DNA of 25,802 nt from IMG/VR virus record IMGVR_UViG_3300043294_000406. The stretch is one strand, 5' to 3'. Numbering within the stretch: the stretch's first letter is position 1; each line of letters begins with the position of its first letter. The position numbers and the translations under genes were made by a program. The notes below the pieces were generated by a model. The model saw only the letters and a program-made list of their open reading frames with translations, did no database searches and had not been told where the DNA came from. This DNA is from a virus. Below are positions 17,445 to 24,454 of this stretch, one piece after another.

Positions 17445-18104
17445 ATGTCGGCCACAGCGGTCGTCCGGAAGCCCAAGAAGGTCAAGGCCCTCTACCTCGA
17501 CAACGGGATCCTCAGGGTCCAGAAGGTCCTCGACCTGAACGACGTCCTGTTGGTCCCCAGGGGAAACAAGGTCCTTGCGTGGGCGAAGGGGCGGCCAATC
17601 ATATCGAAGGTCAGGGGGTTACGCGGTTATACGTACATGGTCTGCCCGGAGGTGGCTTACACCCTGGACGAGTCAGCGATAGCCGAGATAGCGAGAAAAG
17701 GGAAGGCCTACCTGATGGGCATCTTCCTCGGCAAGCTGACCGAGCTGGGGAGGCAGTCGGACGGACTGGAGGACCTTGAAGCCGCCAAGCAGGAAAGGGC
17801 CGGGCTCGAGCAGCGGATAGCCGACGCAGAGAAGAGGGCCGGCGACATGGCAGCTGCGGCTTCGAAGCTGAGCGAAGAGAAGATAGCGGCAGAGGCGCGC
17901 GCGCAGGTGGAAGCGGAGGCGCGGCAGAGGGCAGAGGCGAAGGTGGAGTCGATGATGAAGGCACCTACTCCCGTAGAAACCTTACACACCGAAGTATCTA
18001 CGAAGGTGCACACTCCAGTACCCGTCGAGAAGAGGTCGCATCACAAGACGCCCGACCGCCCCGGTGCCACTTTGCTCGCAGAGAAGAAAGGAGGCCGAAA
18101 GTGA
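17445..18104 (+). CDS. 219-aa protein with an N-terminal beta domain and a central coiled coil
   Basis: E/A/K/R-rich heptads (LEQRIADAEKRAGDMAAAASKLSEEKIAAEARAQ); GTGA overlap with the next gene. Confidence 0.8.
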   Translation: MSATAVVRKPKKVKALYLDNGILRVQKVLDLNDVLLVPRGNKVLAWAKGRPIISKVRGLRGYTYMVCPEVAYTLDESAIAEIARKGKAYLMGIFLGKLTELGRQSDGLEDLEAAKQERAGLEQRIADAEKRAGDMAAAASKLSEEKIAAEARAQVEAEARQRAEAKVESMMKAPTPVETLHTEVSTKVHTPVPVEKRSHHKTPDRPGATLLAEKKGGRK

Positions 18105-18670
18105 TGGACGGCGACCAGCTCAAGGCGCTGGAGAAGCTCCTGAAGGAGGAACGCGAGAAGAGGAAACAGGAGAAGAAGAACGAAGTGCCGGTGACGCTGG
18201 AAGAACCACAAAAGGAGACTCAGAAGCAACCGCCTCAGGTTCAACCACGAGCGGCGGACCCTGAAGCGCTCACCCCAGAGGTCGCGTCGAAAGTCCTCGA
18301 GAGCCTGAACCCCAGGGACGTCGAAGTCGCCGCAGACACGTTCAACCCCTCCGCCCTCTTCGAGGACAAGAGCCAGGCCGAATGGTTCGGCAACATCGTG
18401 GCCAACGTGGAGGCGGACGCCATCAAGGCCATGCACGCGGCGGCCAACAAGATACCGAGATGGGTCTGGATCCTCGTCCTGGCAGTGGGTGCCATGATAG
18501 GCTTCATAGCGGCCCTCTGGCTGATGGGAGGCCTCGCAGGGCATGCGACCAGCACGTCGGTCTCCACCCAGACCAGCGTCAGCATCAGCATACCGCCGCC
18601 GCCAGTGTTCACCACCACGACCAAAGCCGTGACGACTGCCGTGAAGACGACGACAACGACAGGCGGATAA
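18101..18670 (+). CDS. 189-aa single-TM protein with a Thr-rich C-terminal tail; N-terminus paralogous to the 2892 ORF
   Basis: TM WVWILVLAVGAMIGFIAALWLMGG; tail TTTTKAVTTAVKTTTTTGG. Confidence 0.85.
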   Translation: MMDGDQLKALEKLLKEEREKRKQEKKNEVPVTLEEPQKETQKQPPQVQPRAADPEALTPEVASKVLESLNPRDVEVAADTFNPSALFEDKSQAEWFGNIVANVEADAIKAMHAAANKIPRWVWILVLAVGAMIGFIAALWLMGGLAGHATSTSVSTQTSVSISIPPPPVFTTTTKAVTTAVKTTTTTGG

Positions 18671-18673
18671 CAA

Positions 18674-19108
18674 ATGTCAGGAATCCTCTCTGAGTTCAAG
18701 ACGGTCGACAAATCCGTCGCCGACGGGCTCGACAAGCTGTCGTGGGTCGAGCCTGGGAAGATCGAGCAGTTCACCGACCTTACCTACACCGAGGTATGCA
18801 ACATCACGTATCTGCTCACGGTGGCGCAGACGCGCCAGACCGGCTATTTCCCCTTCACCGAGAAGGTCTCGGAGGCGTCCACCGTCAAGGGGACGGCCCC
18901 GATAATCACGAAGGAGGTCCCGCTGACCTACCGCTTCGGGAAGAGCATGGACCTCCTGGCCAGGACTTACATGCAGACGAAGGTCTCGATGGGGCGCAAG
19001 TCGAGGATAGAGACGCAGGGGGTTGCGAAGTCGTTCGGAGGAGGACAGTTCCAGCAGCAGCAGGGGATGCTTGGCCGGTTCAGGGGGTGGGTAGGGAACC
19101 ATGTCTGA
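18674..19108 (+). CDS. Hypothetical protein, 144 aa, probably part of the morphogenesis module
   Basis: Coupled to its neighbours. It contains a basic motif YMQTKVSMGRKSRIE reminiscent of small proteins found near ATPases in archaeal viruses (recalled, unverified). Confidence 0.75.
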   Translation: MSGILSEFKTVDKSVADGLDKLSWVEPGKIEQFTDLTYTEVCNITYLLTVAQTRQTGYFPFTEKVSEASTVKGTAPIITKEVPLTYRFGKSMDLLARTYMQTKVSMGRKSRIETQGVAKSFGGGQFQQQQGMLGRFRGWVGNHV

Positions 19109-19502
19109 GAACAGAGTGAGCCGCTATGTCCATGTCGAGGGAGCCCCGATCTCGCTGCCCAAGGTCAGCGCGCCGTCACCGAGGCCGCGCCCTAGCCCCG
19201 TTTCCGGCTTCAGGCAGACCGCAGGGAGATTCCAGCAGATCAGAGCCGACAGGGCCAAAGGCCAGTACACGGGACGCTTCGCCAGAGCCAGCAAGGGAAT
19301 CGGCGGCGCAAGGTCGGGACTCAGGAAAGGAGGGAACGCCCTGAAGTCCGCGAGGGACTTCGCGCACAGGCACAGGATGACCTCGAAGGCGAAGGGCGGG
19401 AGGACGCCGGGAGAGCTAGCCGCTGCGACGATGCACGACGCGAGGCAGAACATACCGCTCATCGGGACCAAGGCGCGGAAGAAGGGGATCCGGAACCAGT
19501 GA
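19101..19502 (+). CDS. 133-aa Arg/Lys/Gly/Ala-rich basic protein, candidate genome-binding protein
   Basis: Strongly basic composition, no TM; overlaps both neighbours. Confidence 0.7.
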   Translation: MSENRVSRYVHVEGAPISLPKVSAPSPRPRPSPVSGFRQTAGRFQQIRADRAKGQYTGRFARASKGIGGARSGLRKGGNALKSARDFAHRHRMTSKAKGGRTPGELAAATMHDARQNIPLIGTKARKKGIRNQ

Positions 19503-19573
19503 CAAGCAGGGAGGCCATCACGTTCACGGTCATCGTCCTCTGCCTGCTCCTGATTGGGAAGTATCTGCTATGA
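19499..19573 (+). CDS. 24-aa hydrophobic peptide (not in ORF track)
   Basis: Translates as MTSREAITFTVIVLCLLLIGKYLL*; GTGA and ATGA overlaps at both ends. Confidence 0.55.
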   Translation: MTSREAITFTVIVLCLLLIGKYLL

Positions 19574-19719
19574 AGGAGTCTCAGGTCACCTTCAGGCTGT
19601 CTTCGAAGATGCAAGATAGGCTGAAGCAGGAGATGGAGAGGCTGGGCCTACTCACGGAGGATGAGCTAATGAGGTTCATTGTCGTGACCTACTTTGAAGC
19701 GGTGAACATGACGGCATGA
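19570..19719 (+). CDS. 49-aa ribbon-helix-helix (CopG-like) DNA-binding protein (not in ORF track)
   Basis: Translates as MKESQVTFRLSSKMQDRLKQEMERLGLLTEDELMRFIVVTYFEAVNMTA*, with an alternating beta strand VTFRL followed by two helices. Confidence 0.7.
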   Translation: MKESQVTFRLSSKMQDRLKQEMERLGLLTEDELMRFIVVTYFEAVNMTA

Positions 19720-19823
19720 ATCCGCTTACCGCTTCACAGGACGCGATCGCTGTCTTCGTCGTCGTCCTGGCCTTGGGAGGGCTCACCACTTTCCGCTACC
19801 GGAAGCTGTGGATGAAGCAATGA
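19716..19823 (+). CDS. 35-aa single-TM peptide (not in ORF track)
   Basis: Translates as MNPLTASQDAIAVFVVVLALGGLTTFRYRKLWMKQ*; ATGA overlaps at both ends. Confidence 0.6.
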   Translation: MNPLTASQDAIAVFVVVLALGGLTTFRYRKLWMKQ

Positions 19824-19963
19824 TACTCCCGACCGGCTTCGGCCTCACACGGACAGGGCGCTTCCGGGTCGCCGCTCAGGGAAGGAACCCGATCATCAGG
19901 GCCGACGGGCTCGAAGCGAAGCCGAGACTCGATGTTCCCCTTGTCCTGGCGGAAGGGGCCTAG
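19820..19963 (+). CDS. 47-aa hypothetical peptide (not in ORF track)
   Basis: Translates as MILPTGFGLTRTGRFRVAAQGRNPIIRADGLEAKPRLDVPLVLAEGA*. It fills the gap exactly, ending 2 nt before the ATPase start. Confidence 0.55.
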   Translation: MILPTGFGLTRTGRFRVAAQGRNPIIRADGLEAKPRLDVPLVLAEGA

Positions 19964-19965
19964 AC

Positions 19966-21321
19966 TTGGTACTGGTCATCGGCGTCCTCGGCGCGTGGGG
20001 GAAAGGCAAGACCATGACGCTCAACATGCTGGCCGACCTCATCAAGCAGGACCCCGTGTCTTTGGGGCTGCCCTCGGTCCCCTTGAACTACATGAACTTC
20101 AAGTCAATCTACATGGACGGCTACCTGATGATAGACCCGCCCCCCGACCTGCAGCGGATAACATTCGACCCCAATCATATCGAGGGGCAGCCTCCGAATC
20201 AGTATCCTGACCTAAAGCCGAGGACCGCTCCCGTCATCGACTTCCTCGAGTTCCTGAGGCAGGCGAGGAGCCCCGTGCCGATAATGATGTTCCTCGACGA
20301 CGTCTACGGCTGGCTCGCCAGCTACTTCTTCGGCTCCAAGTTCAACCAGATAGCCTTCCGCCTCCTCGCGGCGGGGCGAAAGAAGAACCTCAACATAGCG
20401 GAGTCCTCGGTCCGCTTCAAAGACGTCGACCCCCGCCTCCGCGCCCTCCACTCGCACTTGTTTCTCCCCCGTTTCTCGGAGGCCTTCGAGACCGTAGCCG
20501 TGGAGAGATACGTGGTCGACGTCTTCGAGGACAAGAAACTGAACCCCGACATCTACTACTCCGCGAAGGCCTACTACGGGACCTACGACACAAACGAGGT
20601 GATCGAGTCAGTGTACGACTCCGGAAGGGGCGCCACGGCGGTGAACAGCCTGGGGGCGGTCCCCATCGGCCACAACGGGCACTCCGATTCTGACCCGGCT
20701 AAAGAAACCCTGCCAGATTTGGCCCTCCCTCTCGGAAACGACGGCCATTCCGCTCCGACTGCCCCAATCAGGGCCGTAGACACCATGCTTCCACGCCCCA
20801 GAACCATGCCGACAGCTCCCGCGACCGCGCTGGGGGCGAAAAGGACCCCTGACGGCTACGAGGCCTACGCCGTGGGCTTCCAGTGGCAAGGGCAGATCGC
20901 CAGCGAGTACCAGTCGGAGGGGTACTTTGTCAGGCAGGGCTTCAAGGCCAGCGACCCCGACCTGCTCTGCTACTCCGACCGGGAGATGACCAAGCCCGCG
21001 AAGGTGGTGGCGGTCAAGGCCTTCCACCTGATCAAGTCCGCCGACGCATTCACTCCAGACCCTTTCACACCTCTCTTTTCAGAGCGGAAGGGGCTAGGGG
21101 ATGGCAGGGGTAGCTGGAGCAGCGGGCGGAAGAGGCACGTGGGGGCTAGCGGAAGGACGATAACAAGGACAGACATAGAACCAGAGATAAGGACGAGCAG
21201 GCTGCTGGGCATACCGTGCGAGCTGGTCATAGTGAACACCAGGAACGGGGCCAGGGCCACGTTCGGGATCACTGATCAGTTCGAACGATTACCAACACCA
21301 TCAAGCCTGAATGATGATTGA
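19966..21321 (+). CDS. Zot/pI-like P-loop ATPase fused to a C-terminal Hjc-like PD-(D/E)xK domain
   Basis: Walker A GVLGAWGKGKT at the N-terminus, Walker B IMMFLDDVY, and GRKKNLNIAESSVRFKDVDPRLR matching the RK...vD..lR pattern. A Pro/Ala linker follows, then EYQSEGYFVRQGFKASDPDLL...KVVAVK. Confidence 0.82.
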   Translation: MVLVIGVLGAWGKGKTMTLNMLADLIKQDPVSLGLPSVPLNYMNFKSIYMDGYLMIDPPPDLQRITFDPNHIEGQPPNQYPDLKPRTAPVIDFLEFLRQARSPVPIMMFLDDVYGWLASYFFGSKFNQIAFRLLAAGRKKNLNIAESSVRFKDVDPRLRALHSHLFLPRFSEAFETVAVERYVVDVFEDKKLNPDIYYSAKAYYGTYDTNEVIESVYDSGRGATAVNSLGAVPIGHNGHSDSDPAKETLPDLALPLGNDGHSAPTAPIRAVDTMLPRPRTMPTAPATALGAKRTPDGYEAYAVGFQWQGQIASEYQSEGYFVRQGFKASDPDLLCYSDREMTKPAKVVAVKAFHLIKSADAFTPDPFTPLFSERKGLGDGRGSWSSGRKRHVGASGRTITRTDIEPEIRTSRLLGIPCELVIVNTRNGARATFGITDQFERLPTPSSLNDD

Positions 21322-21352
21322 GATGACAAGTAAGATGGACGAGGTGTGAAGG

Positions 21353-21496
21353 GTGGATTCGAAATCAGCCATCGTGAAGCGCGTTGCCCTGTTCCCGTTC
21401 AGGCTCGCGTGGTCAATCGTCGGCTGGGCATGGGGCCTCTGCCTTGACATCTGGTACTGGGTCATAGATATGATCAGCGACCTCATCACTGGCTGA
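21353..21496 (+). CDS. 47-aa Trp-rich hydrophobic protein (not in ORF track)
   Basis: Translates as MDSKSAIVKRVALFPFRLAWSIVGWAWGLCLDIWYWVIDMISDLITG*; SD GAGGTG at 21341-21346. Confidence 0.65.
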   Translation: MDSKSAIVKRVALFPFRLAWSIVGWAWGLCLDIWYWVIDMISDLITG

Positions 21497-21692
21497 CTGG
21501 CGGAGTGTAATTCTTCCATTCTTTGTAGTAGCCGCAGAACTTGCAGTCCACGGCACTAGTTCTTCCCTTGACATCTCTCGCTGACGTAAACAGTGGCTTC
21601 CCACAGTGAGGGCAGTGCGGAAGTTTCTCTCTCATGTCCTCCTTAGGTCTGTATGACCTGTCGTTCTTCTCAACATCCCAAGGATCACTCAT
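21486..21692 (-). CDS. 68-aa zinc-ribbon protein
   Basis: CPHC...CKFC; SD AGGTGG upstream of the ATG at 21692. Confidence 0.75.
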   Translation of the reverse strand: MSDPWDVEKNDRSYRPKEDMREKLPHCPHCGKPLFTSARDVKGRTSAVDCKFCGYYKEWKNYTPPVSQ

Positions 21693-21900
21693 GCTTTCCA
21701 CCTAACCTTGCAAGGATAAGGGCCATCCGCCTCTGCTGTTCGGGGTCCTTCCGCCTCTTCTCGATAGCAACGTCCGAATCGAACTTGTCACAGCCAGTGT
21801 AGTAGTACCCGACTGGTACCCACTTCGTCCGTTTGACCCTGACGTATGCTCTGACGACTCTGCACTCGCGCCCGCTCTTGCATCCCCAGTGTCTTGCCAT
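21685..21900 (-). CDS. 71-aa basic hypothetical protein with Cys residues
   Basis: Begins MARHWGCKSGRECRVVRAYVRVK; overlaps the start of the zinc-ribbon gene. Confidence 0.65.
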   Translation of the reverse strand: MARHWGCKSGRECRVVRAYVRVKRTKWVPVGYYYTGCDKFDSDVAIEKRRKDPEQQRRMALILARLGGKHE

Positions 21901-21957
21901 CGCGCCGTGTCTACACAAATCCCCTTATTGAACTTGTGTATACACTTCTCCTGAGAA

Positions 21958-22000
21958 TCCGACAGTGTCGAGTTTTGATGTCGAAACCTGACAGTGTCAG
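21958..22000. promoter_or_regulatory. Two palindromic GACAGTGTC boxes in a divergent intergenic region
   Basis: CGACAGTGTCG at 21960-21970 and CTGACAGTGTCAG at 21988-22000; a third copy in reverse complement, GACACTGTC, at 23654-23662. Confidence 0.65.
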
Positions 22001-22074
22001 ATTCCAACCACCCAACCATGTCATTAGTCGGATAGCAATTATGCAGGCTCGTTCCTATCTCAGCCCCGATAGCA

Positions 22075-22341
22075 ATGCCGAAGATTACAGGCCCCAGCAG
22101 AGGGATAAAGCACGAAGGCAGCCTCACGAAGCTGGGTTACAAAGAGCACGAACCTACGAAGACCAGGCACCGCGCCTTGGGGAAGTCCGTGAGGAAGTTC
22201 GGCTACAAGAGGACCACGGACAAGCTGATCGACCTGCAGGTCCTCAACAAGAACCGCAACCCTGAGTTCTCCCATGTGGTCAAGTCGGACCGCAGCTGGC
22301 TCAGGGGAACCTACCGTCCCAGTTCTGTGAGGAATCGCTAG
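22075..22341 (+). CDS. 88-aa basic protein, candidate DNA-binding or virion protein
   Basis: Contains GIKHEGSLTKLGY...RHRALGKSVRKFGY...LQVLNKNRNP...DRSWL and is strongly basic. Confidence 0.8.
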   Translation: MPKITGPSRGIKHEGSLTKLGYKEHEPTKTRHRALGKSVRKFGYKRTTDKLIDLQVLNKNRNPEFSHVVKSDRSWLRGTYRPSSVRNR

Positions 22342-22400
22342 TGTCCCGAAGGTCGAATCTGGACAGGCTCAAGAAGAGACGCAGAAGCAAGGGCAGATAG
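22341..22400 (+). CDS. 19-aa protamine-like peptide (not in ORF track)
   Basis: Translates as MSRRSNLDRLKKRRRSKGR* (10 of 19 residues R/K). It uses the same TAGTG coupling seen at 2892. Confidence 0.4.
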   Translation: MSRRSNLDRLKKRRRSKGR

Positions 22401-22482
22401 TTTCAACGTCGCCCTGACCGTCCAAACCCTAATTTCACCAACCCCCCCACCCTTAAAACGCGTCCAGTCCCACCCTACCTAA

Positions 22483-23649
22483 GTGCAGCAGGTCCAGTCC
22501 GCGACGAGGATGTCCGAGTTCGATTCCTTCCTCCTGACGAGGATCTCCCAGGCCACCAGAGTGGGCTATGCCGAGTGGGTCAGGAAGCTGGTGGGGGACC
22601 CCGACGCCTTCCTTGCATTGGCTAAGACCGACAGGCAGAAGGCGGAGCGGCTGGTCGCTGACTCAATCGTCGCCTACAGGTCGAAGGCCGGAGGCGCGAG
22701 GATCAAGACCCTGGTGTCTGCGACCAAGTCCTTTCTCGACTACTACGAGGTGCAGCTGTCATGGAAGAAGCTGAAGGCGCTGGTCCCCAAGGGGAAGAAG
22801 GTCTCTGCGGACAGGGCCCCAGAGCTCTCGGAGATCAGGCGGATGTGGGCGGTCGCCAGTCCCAGAGAGAAGGCCCTCGTGTCGATGTTGGTATCCCTTG
22901 GCGGAAGGAGGGGCGTCTTCTGGTTCCCATCCTCGAGGGGAGGGTATGGCTACATGAAGCTGAAGGACGTTATGTTCGACGGAGACGGACCGGCCACGGT
23001 GACCGTGTACCCGGGCGAGCCCGAGGAGTACAGGACCTTCATCTCCCCGGAGGCTGTGGCTGCTTTGAGGCTGACCTTCGAGCTGAGGGAACGTGTGGGT
23101 GAAGTGCTCGCCCCAGACTCCCCGGTCATGCGTGACATGTGGGAGGTGGAGTACAAAGCAGATCATAGCAGGGGGGGACTCTGGCATCCGGAGGAGGCGC
23201 ACCCTCTGAGGGCGGAGAACACATCGGAGATGTTGAAGAAGCTGAAGAGGAAGGCAGGCATCTGCTCGACCTCAAAGGACGGGGGGTTCAAGGCCGCCCA
23301 CGGCTATCGGAAGTTCTTCAAGTCGAATTTCCCGGCCTGTCCTTTGCATGGTGACATGGAGGCCGAGGCCCTGATGGGCCACAGGGAGGCCTATGACAAG
23401 ATACCTTGGGCTCACATCAGAGAGAGATACGTCGTAGCGGTCCCCCATCTGACCATAGACGAAAAGTTCAGCCTGAAGGAGGAGATGGAGGCGAAGGACG
23501 AGCAGCACTCCGCGCAGTTCAAGGAGCTCAGAGCCGACCTCGACCACGAGAAGCTGAAAGGGATGGAGCTCGAGAAGACGATGAATGAGATGCTCCCGCT
23601 GATGGAGGAGATGAAGAGGCGGCTGGGAGTATCGGATTCTCACACGTAA
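22483..23649 (+). CDS. int: Tyrosine recombinase / integrase with a C-terminal coiled coil
   Basis: Catalytic set: R in SLGGRRG, H-x-x-R in AHGYRKFF, H in LMGH, and Y in EAYDK. TTAAAA at 22453-22458 fits the GTG at 22483; ATG 22510 is an alternative start. Confidence 0.92.
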   Translation: MQQVQSATRMSEFDSFLLTRISQATRVGYAEWVRKLVGDPDAFLALAKTDRQKAERLVADSIVAYRSKAGGARIKTLVSATKSFLDYYEVQLSWKKLKALVPKGKKVSADRAPELSEIRRMWAVASPREKALVSMLVSLGGRRGVFWFPSSRGGYGYMKLKDVMFDGDGPATVTVYPGEPEEYRTFISPEAVAALRLTFELRERVGEVLAPDSPVMRDMWEVEYKADHSRGGLWHPEEAHPLRAENTSEMLKKLKRKAGICSTSKDGGFKAAHGYRKFFKSNFPACPLHGDMEAEALMGHREAYDKIPWAHIRERYVVAVPHLTIDEKFSLKEEMEAKDEQHSAQFKELRADLDHEKLKGMELEKTMNEMLPLMEEMKRRLGVSDSHT

Positions 23650-23737
23650 AGTTGACACTGTCGCGTTTGCCCTCCCCCCTCCAGTTTCGGCTTTGAACTC
23701 GCTCTCCATATTACCCAGCGGTTTGTCTGGGTCTACG

Positions 23738-23947
23738 ATGAAGGTTGAGGTCGAACTTGCCGACAGCACCCGTGACATTTTGAGCTTCTGGGCGAGGCTG
23801 AACGGGAAGACGCTCGAGGAGCATCTGGCCGAGCTGCTCAAGGCCGACGCGCGTCTGACTCTGAAGGCGCTCGAAGGGGACGAGCTGGACGAGTTCCTCG
23901 GGTTGCAGTCCCTCACTGTGAAGGTCGCTTTTCATCAGAGTGCTTGA
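23738..23947 (+). CDS. 69-aa RHH-like protein
   Basis: Begins MKVEVELADSTRDILSFWARLNGKTLEEHLAELLKAD, a beta strand followed by two helices; overlaps the 3' end of the convergent RHH gene. Confidence 0.6.
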   Translation: MKVEVELADSTRDILSFWARLNGKTLEEHLAELLKADARLTLKALEGDELDEFLGLQSLTVKVAFHQSA

Positions 23948-24068
23948 GCATGGCGAGCGCCAGGTCCACGGCGTGGGAGAAGTCCGCGAACCGCTTCTCC
24001 TGAATCTGCTTGTCGACCCACTTGGCAGTCTCCGGGTCGATGGTGACAGAGACCTTCCGTTTGACCAA
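23913..24068 (-). CDS. 51-aa RHH (CopG/MetJ-like) repressor candidate (not in ORF track)
   Basis: TTG start; translates as MVKRKVSVTIDPETAKWVDKQIQEKRFADFSHAVDLALAMLKHSDEKRPSQ*. A minus-strand TTATAT at 24099-24094 lies 26 nt upstream. Confidence 0.85.
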   Translation of the reverse strand: MVKRKVSVTIDPETAKWVDKQIQEKRFADFSHAVDLALAMLKHSDEKRPSQ

Positions 24069-24093
24069 GGTCGGGCATACTGCTGTGTTGCTG

Positions 24094-24170
24094 ATATAAG
24101 GCCGAGTGGGACAAAGCGTCTATTATCCGATAATGTTATATAACATTCCGACAAGTACGCTGGTGTCGGA
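24094..24170. promoter_or_regulatory. Divergent promoter/operator region between two RHH genes
   Basis: Perfect 16-bp palindrome AATGTTATATAACATT (24132-24147) containing TTATATAA; ATTAT-ccg-ATAAT (24122-24134); inverted repeat TCCGACA-N10-TGTCGGA (24147-24170); minus-strand TATA box at 24094-24099. Confidence 0.8.
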
Positions 24171-24176
24171 TAACTC

Positions 24177-24332
24177 ATGAAGAATCTGAGCATCACCCTT
24201 GAGGACGAAGACGAAGACAAGCTCGGGAGAATTGTCGAATCGGGCGAGGCAGCCAACATCTCCCATGCGGTGAGGCGCTGCATCAGGGCCTATCCAGAAC
24301 CGGTCAAGGCAAAGGTGAGGGTCCCCAAATGA
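24177..24332 (+). CDS. 51-aa RHH protein, first gene of the rightward early operon (not in ORF track)
   Basis: Translates as MKNLSITLEDEDEDKLGRIVESGEAANISHAVRRCIRAYPEPVKAKVRVPK*. Confidence 0.8.
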   Translation: MKNLSITLEDEDEDKLGRIVESGEAANISHAVRRCIRAYPEPVKAKVRVPK

Positions 24333-24454
24333 GCGCCCAGCAGAAGCAGAGGCCCGACCCGTTCAAGCTCTCCACCTGGAAGCGCTACCTGAAGGAGACG
24401 ACGAAGGAGTTTGGAGAGGCGCTCTCGGAAGTGGTGGGAGGCAAGAAGGAATGA
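24329..24454 (+). CDS. 41-aa hypothetical protein (not in ORF track)
   Basis: Translates as MSAQQKQRPDPFKLSTWKRYLKETTKEFGEALSEVVGGKKE*; ATGA overlaps at both ends. Confidence 0.7.
   Translation: MSAQQKQRPDPFKLSTWKRYLKETTKEFGEALSEVVGGKKE

Noticed and set aside
16448-17779. 443-aa plus-strand ORF overlapping the 634-aa gene
   Set aside because: It is an off-frame, Arg/His/Pro-rich translation typical of shifted GC-rich coding sequence.
21351-21370. GGATTCGAAATC as the reverse complement of a tRNA T-arm (possible att site)
   Set aside because: It does not match GGATT(C/T)GAACC, no acceptor stem can be formed, and it lies within a credible small ORF.
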